The notes under the pieces were generated by a model, which did not search any database, was not told the DNA's origin, and worked only from the letters and a program-made list of their open reading frames with translations. This document shows, piece by piece, positions 1 to 12,630 of a DNA stretch of 64,000 nucleotides. The stretch's first letter is position 1. The number at the start of each line of letters is the position of its first letter. The position numbers were made by a program, and so were the translations under genes. The DNA is from Octopus bimaculoides (taxonomy: Eukaryota), in NCBI RefSeq assembly GCF_001194135.2, contig NC_068992.1:58013249-58077248 (forward strand), given 5' to 3'.

Positions 1-216
1 ATATATAAATCAATAGATATAGATATTGGTACATATAGATATATATGGAAAAGTGTATATCAAAACAATGATATATATAATATATATATGCATATATATA
101 CATATATATATGTACATCTGTGTAAATGTGTATGTATATATATGTGTGCGTGAGTATACATGTGTGCAAGTGAGTGCATGTGTGTTTGTGTGTGCGTGTA
201 TCTGTGTTTGTGCATA

Positions 217-249
<33 letters not shown>

Positions 250-250
250 G
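1..250. repeat. (TA)n/(TG)n compound microsatellite
   Basis: Direct dinucleotide runs; explains ORFs 10..276, 26..331 and 60..281. Confidence 0.95.
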
Positions 251-639
251 GTGTTACCCCAAAAATGCATACACATTTCAACAGCTAACAGCTCACATGA
301 TTTTCATTCCTTCTTAGATGTAACACATTAAAAATAATAAAAGGAACCAGACTAATCTTTGAACTAGGGACATTTAGCCAAAGGCTCTACTGGAATTTTG
401 AGAAAGACACTTCAAGTGCAAAGACAGTTTAGTACCTAGTTTCAAACAGATTCACCTTTGTAACTTACCATGACTCAAATTAGAGATAAGTTTGAAGCAG
501 ACGGAACTGTTCAGAATGTCCACAAGATAAATTCCAGAAGACTGCAGATATTAGCAAACCTCACAAAGCAAGAATGGTAACTAGAAATGTATGGTCAGAG
601 TTCAAGAAAATCTTTGTAGCAAGCAAGTTCTGAAATAGG

Positions 640-1245
640 ACAAAATTGTAGGCACAAAACCATAAGTATAAAACTATAAGCAAAAATTATAAACACAAAT
701 CCTAAGCATGAAACTATAGGCAAAAACCATATGAACAAAGCTATGGTTAGAAAACTATAGATACAAAACTATGGCAAAAAATCAAAGTACAAAGTCACAT
801 TCATAAAAATATAAGTACAAAACTCTAGGCACAATTCTATAGGCAGAAAGCTAATGACACAAACCTGTTGGAACAAAATATAGACACAAAACTATAAGCA
901 CAAATCAATAAGCAAAAAAACCATAATTACAAAAAAATAGGTAGAAAGCCAATAAACACAAAACAATAGGCACAAAGTATAGACAAATAGCTATGGTATG
1001 AAGCAAAAAACACAGACATAAACACAATTCTATAGACTCAAAACTATAGGTTGCTATAGAAACCACTATGCCACATGCCTCCACTATAGGCACAAAATCA
1101 TAAGCAGAAAAGCTAGAGTAAAAACTATAGGTAAAATACCATAAAAGACAAAAAGTTTGGCATGAACTATACACAAAATCATATGTATAAAACTATAGGC
1201 ATGAACTATAGGTACAAAGCTATAAGCACAATGAACTGTTACTGC
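640..1245 (+). repeat. Degenerate minisatellite, ~17-22 bp unit (AAAACTATAGGCACA-like)
   Basis: Many recurrences of aactata(g/a)g(c/t)ac(a)aaa with variable spacing. Confidence 0.8.
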
Positions 1246-1294
1246 AGCAAGAGTAACAAGAACAACAACTATGATAACATGAAATGAGAGTACT

Positions 1295-1487
1295 TCTACA
1301 CGATACGTTAACCTACTTGAAATAGCAGCCAAATCTCTTTTGAATCACACTGCACTGTCTTTTAAAAGAATGGACACATTGGATAACACAGTGTGTTTGG
1401 AAAAAGATAAAAAAAGAGTGTGGTGGTCATGGCTAGATTGCCTTTTGTTATAGTTCTGCTTACTCAAGGCTGACTCGAAGCTAAACA
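1295..1487 (-). mobile_element. Interspersed repeat family E fragment
   Basis: Reverse complement carries gagatttggctgctatttc and ccatgacca motifs also seen at ~20370-20560, 28100-28290, 37075-37135 and 57290-57480. Confidence 0.55.
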
Positions 1488-1489
1488 AG

Positions 1490-1669
1490 AATTACAACAT
1501 TGATAGATGAAATAACATCAACAACAGAAACAATAACAACACAAACAGCTACTAGACTAACCACTACTGCATCATAAACTCCTACTACTACTACCACCAC
1601 TACCACCCCTGCTATCACCATCATAACTACTGCTGCTGTTGTTACTACCACCAACACCACTACTACTAT

Positions 1670-1714
<45 letters not shown>

Positions 1715-1941
1715 CACCACCACCACTACCACCACTATCACTACTACTACCACCAACACCACTACTACTACCACCAACACCACTATCACTACTACTACTA
1801 CTACTACCATCACCACCACTACTACTACTACTACTACCATCACCACCACCACTACTACTACTACCACCACCACCACCACTGCCGCCTCCACCACCATCAT
1901 AACTACTACTACTACTACTACCACTGCTACTGCTGCTGCTG

Positions 1942-2014
<73 letters not shown>

Positions 2015-2430
2015 CACTACCGCCGTCGCCAGCACCAAGCTGGTTAAATCTTGGTTCCATATCTCAAATGTTGTGGCTGCTGTTGCAGTCTTGCTATAAG
2101 ATCCTGTTGTTGTTATCATTGTTGTTGTCTCATAGTCTTGACCGGCTGATTGTTGCTCTTTTGTTGTTGCTGTTGTTGTGACAATGGTGGCAGTGATAGT
2201 CTATTTGTTGTTGTTGTTGGTGGTGGTGGTAGTGGTAGTAGTGGTGGCGGTGATGGTTTGATTGTTGCTGTTGTTGTTTGTGGTCAGATCGTTGGCTGTT
2301 CTTCTGTTGTCGTGGTCTGATTATTGTGGCTGTTGTTGTTGCTGTCGGTGGTGGTGGTGGTGGTGGTGGTAACAGCAGTATAGTAGAAGTGGTGCTCTGA
2401 TTACCATTGTTGTTGTTGTTGTTGTTGTTC
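1490..2430. repeat. Trinucleotide low-complexity block: (ACT/ACC)n, then (GTT/GGT)n
   Basis: Direct; gives the poly-V, poly-S and poly-L/P ORFs at 1481-2119. Confidence 0.95.
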
Positions 2431-2842
2431 TTATCCTACGTTATTCCAATATTTATATCAGTGAGATGTGACTTCAGGCTCTAGGTGCAACTTTACTAAA
2501 GGTAACACAACCATTGTTTAATAACTAACCATTCATGCTGAAAATATCAGCAGATGTTTTTGTTTGTTTTTCTTGGTTTCAAGTTGATTTTTTTTTCCTT
2601 TTGTTTCCTTCTTTTTATTATTATATTCTGATTTGTTTCGTATTGTATACTCATTTTGTGTTGTTTTTTTTGCGGTATATTTTCTTTGTTTTTTTCACTT
2701 GTTTTCACATTTTGGTGTATAAAGCTTAATGTACATCTAGGTCTTTTGGGAAGTTTCCAGATTCAGTGAGTTACCAGCCACCTACAAAGGACAAACCATC
2801 AGTAGTAGCAACAGCAGTAGCAGCAGTAGGGGTAGTAGTTCA

Positions 2843-2973
2843 CTTACCAACCACATGGCTCCAAGTTCAGTCTCACTGCAAAGCACCTTGGGCTACTGTC
2901 TTCTACTTTAGCTCTGGGTAAACCAAAGCCTTGTGAGTAGATTTGATAGACAGAAACTGAAAGAAGCCCATTG

Positions 2974-3019
<46 letters not shown>

Positions 3020-3262
3020 TGTGTGTGTATTTGTGTGTGTATATTTGTTTGTGTTTATGTTTGTGATCTACCACTTCCTTATAATCGATGTTAGTTTGTT
3101 TACATGCCTGTAACTTAGTGATTTGGCAGAAAGAAACCAAGAGAAGAAGTACCAGGCTTTAAAATGAGTACAGGGTTCAATTTGTTTGACTAAACCCTTC
3201 AAAGTGTTGCTCCAGCATGGCCACAGACCAATCACTGAAACAAAAGAATAAAAGAGAGAATG
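2843..3262 (+). mobile_element. tRNA-derived SINE, family A (bipartite, internal microsatellite)
   Basis: ccaaccacatgg...aagttcagtc head, ccaaagccttgtgagt...gaaactgaaagaagccc, (TG)n, then gctccagcatggcc...gactgaaacaa tail; colinear with 54338-54737. Confidence 0.9.
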
Positions 3263-3289
3263 GTACATTATGCATTGAGGAAGATTCGG

Positions 3290-3560
3290 AGACAGACTTT
3301 TGGCATTATGTCATGCTTGAGAAGAAGAGCCATCTTGATGGCCAAGTAAAATCGCAGCCATGGCAGATATTGATGTCATACAACTGGCACATGAAAGCGT
3401 CCATTACACTCTTGGAGTGGTTGGCATGAGGAAGGGCATCCAACCATAGAGACCATGCCAGATCAAACTGGAGTCTGGTGCAGCCTTCCAGCTGGCCAGC
3501 CCTGGTCAAACCGTCCAACCCAGGCCAGCATGGACAACGGATACTAAATGATGATGATGA

Positions 3561-3563
<3 letters not shown>
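3290..3563 (+). mobile_element. RTE LINE 3' end (last ORF2 codons plus 3' UTR, (GAT)n tail)
   Basis: DFWHYVMLEK resembles the RTE C-terminal DxWRxAVLEK; UTR gagtggttggc..aggaagggcatcc...ccaaccc..gccagcatgga ends in gatgatgat. Confidence 0.8.
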
Positions 3564-3623
<60 letters not shown>

Positions 3624-3794
3624 TAAAATTAATATAAGCAGCTAAGATTCAATCATTACTCAGTGTGACTAAGGGTGCCGAAGCACCCATATTGCTAGAA
3701 ATAAGAGTTAAAATACTCTTTATGCTGTAGGGAGAGCGCAGATATTCATACACACATGCTGACAGAGGAGGCAACCACCCCATGCTGACTCAAA

Positions 3795-3851
3795 AATCCT
3801 CAGACTAGATGTCCAGTTTCTTCTATTCCATAGATATCATCAGCGAGGATT
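3795..3851 (-). ncRNA. Type I hammerhead ribozyme motif
   Basis: Minus strand AAUCCUCG-CUGAUGA-ua UCUAU gga AUAGA a-GAAACUGGACAUCUAGUC-UGAGGAUU: 8-bp stem I, intact cores, 5-bp stem II, near-palindromic stem III, GUC triplet. Confidence 0.75.
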
Positions 3852-5849
3852 GCTTGAACGGCACATGTTAGGCTAATTCCACCTGTCAGCATTTATGTAT
3901 TTCCCATAAAAATTTATATTACATAATGCATTAATATAATACATTATATTATTCCATTCACTGGAATTGAAAATAGTCGTCTATGGATTATTCTTAATGT
4001 ACATTCACCACTGACAGGCAAATTACAGTAGTTTTTTTTTTTTTAATCTTTGATAAGATTTCTTATAGATGTGTTGTATTTAAAAATAAAATGTATATCA
4101 GAGGGAGATGAAAAATCTACCTGGCAACAGTGGTTCTTTGCAACACCAATAAATGTATTATTCATTCTTTCCTATATTTTGGGAGACAACAAATCTCATC
4201 TAGGCATGTGGCTATCTGGACATACACATCACTGACAAAGCCCAACAAGGCTGAAATGTATCTGGCATTCTCTTTAGCTGGTGCCAGGACAATTTTTGTC
4301 TTTCTCTGATATGTATTGTGTTTTGAAACATAACACTCCATTTGAGATTTTATCTCTGTTTTGATTTTATACTGCTTCAATTGCATACATTGATTATTTA
4401 TTCATCCCAGCAGCTATCCACAATAGCAGTGAATGTATAATTTACATTCTAAGCATGTGACTGGCTGTTGGTACATGTTACTGACAAGGTGCAATAAGAC
4501 TGAAATGCATCTGGTATTTTCACTAGCTGCTGCGGAGATGATTTTTTTTTTTTTTTTGTCGCCTACCAATTATATATTGCGCTTTTAAAGACAACACATC
4601 CATAAGAAATCTTATCTCAGATGAAGAGTGCAGCAACATGCCTATCAATGGCATACATGCATTAGGTATGGTACATAGCTTCATGTTTTAACTATTACAA
4701 GGTATCTGGTCTGCTGTTCTGACAGTTATACTAATTCACTGGTCTGGTCTGGTCTGATCTGGTCAGATTTGGTACTGGTACTTTTATTTTATTGGCTCTG
4801 AAAGGATAAAAAGCTCAGGTGGTCTTGTGAGGTTTAAACTCAGAAAACAAGGAGTTGAAACAAAAGCCACAAAGTATCTTTATGTGATATTCTAATTATT
4901 TTGCTAACCCACTGCCCAGGGTTGGCATTTTATCGTGATTCCAGAGAAATTAAAAATAAAATCAAACTAGGTGAGGTTTCAATTCAGAGAACAGAAAGCT
5001 AAATCAAACAGCACAAAGCATTTTGTCCTATGCTCTAATGACTCAGCTATTTTGCTGCCTTGAAAACAGTGGTGAATAATTTGAGGGGTATTTGGTTACT
5101 ATTTCTGGTGTGTTGGTCAACCCCATAGCATGTTGATTCATTTCTCCTTTAGGTCATATAAAGAAGTACTGCGTTTCGATAACATGGCGTGACATGCAAC
5201 TTGGATTTGGTTACATGGGAATGGCAACAACCACATAGAATAAATAATAATTCATGCATGACGTGAGACGAGCCTGGCTCAAGATAATGGGATAGCTGAA
5301 GTGGAGAGAAAGAGAGAGAAAAAGGATGAGAGAGAGAGAGAGAGAGAGAGAGAAAAGTGGGGAGAGGGAGAGTGTGCATGTGTGTATGTGGGAGAGATTA
5401 TTATTGTTTAACTACAGGTCAGCTCAGATCTTGCAAACCTTGGAACAAAAAGACAGTCCAGCTATGATCATCCAGTTTTTTAGTCAGTTTAAAGTAGCAG
5501 TTCTAATCTATGCTCCAGTTTCATACAAGACAATTTTTCTAGAAACCAGTGGGGAATTAGGCTATTAACAAAGCACAATGAAGTGCATAATATGAAATTT
5601 AATCATTACATATATAATACACACCATATTTTAACATGTATAAGGAACCCCCTAATTTTGGGGCTTAAAATTTGGAAAAAAGGTTTTTTAAGGGATTATA
5701 ATACTATCAATATATAAGAAACTAATATGTTTTTTTAACCTAATTTTTGACAAAAATGGGTTCGGAGATGGTTTCAAATTGTGCCGATGCATGATGTCGC
5801 TTGGTCATGCATGCACAATTGCTAGCATCGTCGAATTTGCAACTGGAAT

Positions 5850-5908
5850 ATCATACTGATGAGGAAATGAAGAGTTTTTCTCTTCTAAACCAGAAACGCA
5901 TCTATGAT
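5850..5908 (+). ncRNA. Minimal type I hammerhead motif (degenerate stem III)
   Basis: AUCAUA-CUGAUGA-gg..GAAGAG uuuuu CUCUUC..cca-GAAACGCAUC-UAUGAU: 6-bp stem I; stem III ACGCAU is one change from the palindrome ACGCGU. Confidence 0.65.
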
Positions 5909-5950
5909 TAACTACGACTGGTTGGGTTCGTTATTTTTTCTTCTTGTTTT

Positions 5951-6347
5951 NNNNNNNNNNNNNNNNNNNNNNNNNNNNNNNNNNNNNNNNNNNNNNNNNN
6001 NNNNNNNNNNNNNNNNNNNNNNNNNNNNNNNNNNNNNNNNNNNNNNNNNNNNNNNNNNNNNNNNNNNNNNNNNNNNNNNNNNNNNNNNNNNNNNNNNNNN
6101 NNNNNNNNNNNNNNNNNNNNNNNNNNNNNNNNNNNNNNNNNNNNNNNNNNNNNNNNNNNNNNNNNNNNNNNNNNNNNNNNNNNNNNNNNNNNNNNNNNNN
6201 NNNNNNNNNNNNNNNNNNNNNNNNNNNNNNNNNNNNNNNNNNNNNNNNNNNNNNNNNNNNNNNNNNNNNNNNNNNNNNNNNNNNNNNNNNNNNNNNNNNN
6301 NNNNNNNNNNNNNNNNNNNNNNNNNNNNNNNNNNNNNNNNNNNNNNN
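5951..6347. other. Assembly gap (others: 17080-17281, 18739-18780, 22877-22978, 31205-31260, 39523-39589, 41532-41876, 58434-59307, 60464-61050)
   Basis: Runs of N, mostly next to (TA)n, (CA)n or (CT)n tracts. Confidence 0.99.
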
Positions 6348-6923
6348 ATACATACATATACATATATACATACCAAGAACTTTCTTTTTATTATTCTCTC
6401 TCTATATATATACATATGTGTGTACATACATATACATACATATATATATGTATTGATAGATAGATAGATAAAGAGAGAGATACCTAGACATGTATGTATG
6501 TATGTAGGTAGGTAGGTAGGTAGGTATGCCTTTTAGTAAGAGGTCAGCTTCTAGCAGTTATCTGAAACCACATTGGTTAGAACAGAAGTGGAAGTAATAT
6601 AATAGCTATTTGTTTTTCCTTTCTGTTTATTTCTTGTAACTCAATCAATATTTAGCAAAACTATTGATGCAATGCATTGCAACATAAGTTCCTTCTAAAG
6701 TATTGGGGCAGGAGGAAATTTTTGAGGTGAGATTTTTTGTCTAGCTCCTTGGAGCCAAGCAAAGAACATGTGCTTGTGTGTGATTGTGTATTGTGTCTAT
6801 GTGTGTGCCAGTGTGTGCAAATGTATGTATGTATGTATGTGTGTGAGTATGTATGTATTATGTACGTATGTGTGTATGTATTATGCATGTATGTATGTGT
6901 ATGTATATATGAATGTATGTACG

Positions 6924-6954
<31 letters not shown>

Positions 6955-7744
6955 TTGTATGTATGTATGTATGTATGTATGTATGTACGTATGTATGAGA
7001 TCACATGTCTTGTGATTTATGATAGCCATTTGATCTATGGCAGGCACATGGTTCAATTCCAATGGGTGGTTTTTGTCCACTTTCTCCCCATCTGAGGGAT
7101 ATGTAGCTGATATTTCATAAACTATTATGAATTTACAGTTTTATTTGTACTTCTGCTCCAGATTATATAATATTCCATTATATGTGCTTTAAAGATTATA
7201 TAATATTCCATTATTACTAATATATTCTTGTTACTAATATATCCTTATTTAAGTAAACACACAAGCAGAATAAAAGATAGATACTTGCAAAATATAATGC
7301 AGGAGAATCGCAGTTGGTTATCTTGATAGTGTATTAGTTATCCTCTAAAAGAAGTGGTCCCCATACTTCATTGCACCATGAACTAATTTTATGCAAAACA
7401 ATTTTTTCACAGACCTGGGTATGAAGTGCCGAACAAAACACAATAAAGTGCATAACATAACTTAATTATTTGCATATATAGTACATATATATATTACATA
7501 TATGATACAAAAATAATCAGCAGACTATGATAGTCAATAAAACAGAAATAGAATATATAAATTTATTCTTTCTGTGCAGCCTGGTACTAAATAATCTATG
7601 ACCTAGTATTGGTCTGTGGCATTGTGGCCGAGGACCTCTGATCTAGAATATTGGTCATCTGGTTGGAAGGTAAGCAGTTTATATACAGTTTTGGACATAG
7701 TAATATACTGGGTTGGGAGGAGAATTGTGGGTTAATGGTGAGAG

Positions 7745-8618
7745 CAGTGGTTCTCAACTGGGGTCCAAATGGCCTTTGAGGGTCCATATAAGATTTTAGG
7801 GTATCCATGCCACAAAATACTATTTTAAAATCCCCTGGAAAAAATATTATTTTTGACCAGGGGCGAGGAAACCCCCACCCATGGGCACAATTGTGCCCTC
7901 AAGCACATTTTATTGTGCCCACAGGTTGATATACTCATATGTACAAAATAAAGTCAATTTTTCAATTATAAAATTTATACAATATTCGTGTGACTATTTG
8001 TGACATAGGTCGCATTTCCACTATGACTTAAAATGATTAGACTCGAACGTTACTATAAAATCGTCTGGTAATTGCCATTTGGATGGAAATTTTGTTTTCA
8101 CTATAAAACACATATTGCTAGGTTTGTACCACCCCCTTGACACCCAACTACACTCTAGCTGAAAAATATAGAATACCCCATAAGTAATATAAACGTCCTA
8201 AAGTCAGTGGCAGTGTTAATGATGATGTTACGTATTAATTTAATGTGTTAAACTTATTTTTGTTAATGTATATCGAATTTTACATAGATATATACAAGAT
8301 TTACACAGATATAAGAGTTAGATCTTGTGACCTGCCTGCGGACCTTTTCCTTTGGAAATTTTTTCCCACTGCACTAAAAAGTTTCCCCAGCCCTTCTTTA
8401 GATGTATGTATTGGTACATATTGCAAGAAACAACTAGATTCCTTTCATGAATGTTTTATATAATTCAACCTACACAAGTTAAGGTGTGAAAAACAAATAG
8501 GAATTTCGAAAAATGTTACTATAAAATTTGTTTATAAACATCAAATAGCTACGGGCATCCACCAAAATAAAATGACAATCAAGGGGTCTGTAGAGAAAAA
8601 AATAGTTGGGAACCCCTG
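7745..8618. mobile_element. Non-autonomous hAT element inserted in a SINE head
   Basis: TIRs cagtggttctcaact / agttgggaacccctg; degenerate 8-bp TSD ggtgagag / ggttaaaa (5/8). Confidence 0.75.
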
Positions 8619-8897
8619 GGTTAAAATATTCAGCTCACAATTGTAAGGTCATGAGTTTGAATTCGCAACAGCACACTGTGTCCTTGAGCAAGACACTTTA
8701 TATCTTATCAATCTAGTCCACTCAGCTGGCAAAAATGAGTTGTACCTGTAATTCAAATGGGGCCAGCCTTGTCATACTTGGTATGTTGTACTGAATCTCC
8801 CTGAGAACTATGTTAAGAGTGTACGTGTGTCTTTGGACTGCTTAGCCACTTGCACACTAATTTCACGAGCTGATTGTTCTGTTGGTTAGATCGGTGC
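8619..8897 (+). mobile_element. tRNA-derived SINE, head H2 + tail T2
   Basis: B-box-like gagtttgaattc, tgtgtccttgagcaagacac, ccactcagctggcaaaaatgagtt, then the same tail as 41985-42168. Confidence 0.85.
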
Positions 8898-9169
8898 TCT
8901 GCAGCTGGTGTTCCGTGACACACAGGTGTGTCACAAAAAAATGCTAGGTGTGCCGCAGTGTAACCTGAATATAATTTCCTCCCCAATACTTTTAGTTATA
9001 TTTTTAGTTCAGGTATGCTGCAGGATTTTGAAAAGAATATAAGTGTACCACAAGTGAAAAGAGATTGTGGAGCACTGGATTAGATCACTTGGAACAGTTG
9101 TCATCATAACTGACAGAGGGTCAAGCCATACTCTGTCACTTAAATCTTTTTAGCTCAGTCCACCTAGCT

Positions 9170-9607
9170 GTAAATATCTTTATTGCATGTTTCAATCATT
9201 GGGCTGTGGCCATGCTGGTGCACTGTCTTGTGCACTGGTGTGACCCTTGTCCTTGCTGGTTCCTGCACTGTCTTGAAGGTCTTAGTCGAACAAACCACTC
9301 TCAATATTTATTCTTTTAAAGTCTGGTACTTATCCTATAGATCTCTTTTTGCCAAGCTGCTAAGTTATGGAGACATAAACAAACCAACACCAGTTGTCCA
9401 GTAATGGCAGGGGATGAACACAAATATAAAGACACATACACACTTGTATATGATGGGCTTCTTCCAGATTCTGTCCACCAAATTCACTCATAAGGCTTTG
9501 GTTGGCCTGGATCTATAGCAGAAGACACTTGCCTAAGGTGTCATGCAGTGGGCCTGAACCCAGAACCGTGTGGTTGAGAAGCAAACTTCTTACCATGCAG
9601 CCACAAC
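9170..9607 (-). mobile_element. Family A SINE
   Basis: Reverse-complement match to 54338-54737 along its length. Confidence 0.85.
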
Positions 9608-9978
9608 TGTGAACTAGAAAATAGTAAGGATCAATGCTATAAACAGCAGGAGCATTAGAGAGTTGATAGGTTTATATACAATGGCATAAATCTGTCATAG
9701 ATTGGTATCCTGATCAGGAAGATAAATCTCTTTGAACAATTCAATGTCTTTGAAAACTAGGTTAAGATTTTGGTACTGAAGGAAGGTTTCCTGCTGCTTT
9801 CTCACACTCCACGAGCAGATTTGAACTCAGTGGTGCAAGATAATGAAGCAGTTGTCACCTATACAACATTACATATTGACTGTTTTTGATATTTTATTAA
9901 TGCCTTTCCCTTGAACTACATAATAATAATGATAACGACAACAGCAACAACAACAACAACAAAGATTTCTTCTAATTT

Positions 9979-10036
<58 letters not shown>

Positions 10037-10467
10037 ATGTGCATGTGTGTGTGCAGGCATGGCTGTGTGGTAAAGAAGTTTATTTTGCAACTAGAAAGCT
10101 ACAGTGTGAACAGATATATGCTGCATACCTATTCTAAATGTCTTCTTGTTTGATTGTCAACCTTATAAATCAGACATACACATTCACATACATGTCCTGT
10201 CCCAGCTACTGAAGCATACAACTTGCCCCACATCAATCAGAGCTTTGTCCAGCTCCTATTCTAAGAGCATATGGAAATCCCATTCCCCACTGTTTGAAAA
10301 TCAGAGGTAAGTCAACTTCTTCCTCTTCACCCTCTGATGAACAGACAGAGCTACAAATTTTCAGTTAAATTGACCTCAGGGTTTGACTGGTATCTATCTT
10401 ATCAACCTCCTAAAGAATTAAAAACAAAGTTGCCCTTGGCAGGATTTGAATTCAGGATACTTTAAAG

Positions 10468-10762
10468 CAGGGGTTTTCAAACTGTGGTCCACGGACCACA
10501 GGGGGTCCGCAAGGACAAGACAGGGGGTCCGTGGACAGCAAATACTTTTTATGGGCAATTTGATTTTATATATGTTTTTTAATCGAAATCTTTTAATTGA
10601 CAATAAACCTATTTGTTAAATACTGTTAAATAAATAAATGTAAAAATATGTTATTTTAAGCAAATATTTATGTATAAATTTCATAAGCGTTTATAAGGGG
10701 TTCCCTAAGGTAAAGCCTGAAATATAAAGGGGTCCGCAAGTCAAAAAGTTTGAAAACCCCTG
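10468..10762. mobile_element. hAT MITE (295 bp) nested in a family C SINE
   Basis: Perfect 16-bp TIRs caggggttttcaaact / agtttgaaaacccctg; perfect 8-bp TSD CTTTAAAG at 10460-10467 and 10763-10770. Confidence 0.95.
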
Positions 10763-11789
10763 CTTTAAAGGGATGCAACTCAATTCTGCAAGGCATTTTG
10801 TGTAATGTTCTATTAATTTTGCTGAACACCCTTTTTTCTCATGGTGCTAAATATCAGTTGTATGTATTTCAAGCTTACTTTGAACTTAAACGAGTTAAAT
10901 GGTCTTCTTCGAAATTGTTTTATGTCTAGGAATTACTCTGAGAAGTGGGCCATTCTGATAAAATCTAAGGAGTTGCCTCAACCAGTTGAAATGTGCAAGA
11001 GTAAACCAAGTAGTTAGCTATTAAGAAGAATAGTTTTCGTGAGTGAAACAGAAGATGCCAGTCTCATTGCTGAAAAAGAAGGCAAAGAAGGGATATATTA
11101 TGACATATGTCAAGAGTCTTAGTATCATGAGGATTAAATCTCAATTTAACTCTACGTTAAACTGCAACCAAAGAAAAAAAGATAAACAAAAACAAAAAAA
11201 AAACAATGAAAAATAAATAAAACTAGTTCAACTTAACTCTCAGCATACATAAATACTGTAACAGGAGTCACTTGATGCAAAATAATATTTTAGAAATAGT
11301 TACATAACTGGTCAAGTATATTCTGTCAAGAATAGTCTGATTTATATGTAAAAATGAAAAATTGGCCCAAAGACTCTTATTTTTTTTCCTTAGTATTGAG
11401 AAGCTATTGGCAATCTGCCATAGACAATTGGTAAGAAAAATACAATTATTGCAGGAACAGATCTTCATAAGTATGTTTGAACTAAAAGAATACTGAATCA
11501 ATAATTTGTTTCAGGTGAGCAAGAGGAAGCAATAACATCTCAAAGAGGTTTTAATTTAGTTCAGCCTTATACAACAACTGACTTTTTATCTTTTATCTTT
11601 TACTTGTTTCAGTCATTGGACTGCAGCCAATCTGGAGTACTGCCTTAAAGGGTTGTAGTTGAACAAAACAACCCCAGGACTTAGATTTGTTGAAGCCTGG
11701 TAGTTATTCTATTGGTCTTAAACAAACCAACATCGATTGTAAGTGACAGTGGGAGACAGACACAAGCACAAAGACACATACACATATGG

Positions 11790-12630
11790 ATAAGTGGAGG
11801 GAAGTTGTGGAAGTGGGAGACCCAGGAAGACACGGGATGGAGTACTGAAGGCCGATCTCAAAATGCTGAGCCTTATGAAAGAGATGACAGAGGACCGAGA
11901 TATGTGGTGCATTGCTGTACTCAAGAAGACCTGGCCACCACAACAGAATTGAGATCCTAAAACCAAGGTACTACATAAAAAGCACACAGGTGTGGGTGCT
12001 GGCGCCATGTAAGATGCACTAGCGCTGACACAACGGGAAAAACACTGGTAATGGTGTCATGTAAAATGCACCCAGTACACTCTGTAAACTGGTTGGGGTT
12101 AGGAAGGGCATCTAGCTATAGAAATCAAGCCAAAACAGACAAATGGAACCTTGTCCTTGCTGGTTCCTGCACTGTCTTGAAGGTCTTAGTCGAACAAACC
12201 ACTCTCAATATTTATTCTTTTAAAGTCTGGTACTTATCCTATAGATCTCTTTTTGCCAAACTGCTAAGTTATGGAGACATAAACAAACCAACACCAGTTG
12301 TCCAGTAATGGCAGGGGATGAACACAAATATAAAGACACATACACACTTGTATATGATGGGCTTCTTCCAGATTCTGTCCACCAAATTCACTCATAAGGC
12401 TTTGGTTGGCATGGGTTTATAGCAGAAGACACTTGCCTAAGGTGTCATGCAGTGGGCCTGAACCCAGAACCGTGTGGTTGAGAAGCAAACTTCTTACCAC
12501 ACAGCCACAACTGTGAACTAGAAAATAGTAAGGATCAATGCTACAAACAACAGAGGCAATGTTTGCAGATGCCAGTGTTGCACAACTAGCACCTGTGCCA
12601 GCATGGAAAACAGGTGTTAAATGTTGATGG

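Noticed and set aside
1481-2119. 212-aa poly-Val and 162-aa poly-Ser/Gly ORFs
   Set aside because: Pure trinucleotide repeats, which lack stops by composition.
5904-6467. Long ORFs spanning N gaps (also 17.0, 22.8, 41.3-41.9, 58.2-59.5 and 60.3-61.2 kb)
   Set aside because: Their length comes from X residues and flanking microsatellites.
10334-10340. CTGATGA hammerhead core (also minus-strand cores at 25392-25398 and 60045-60051)
   Set aside because: No downstream GAAA with a stem III/NUH, and no stem I complement.
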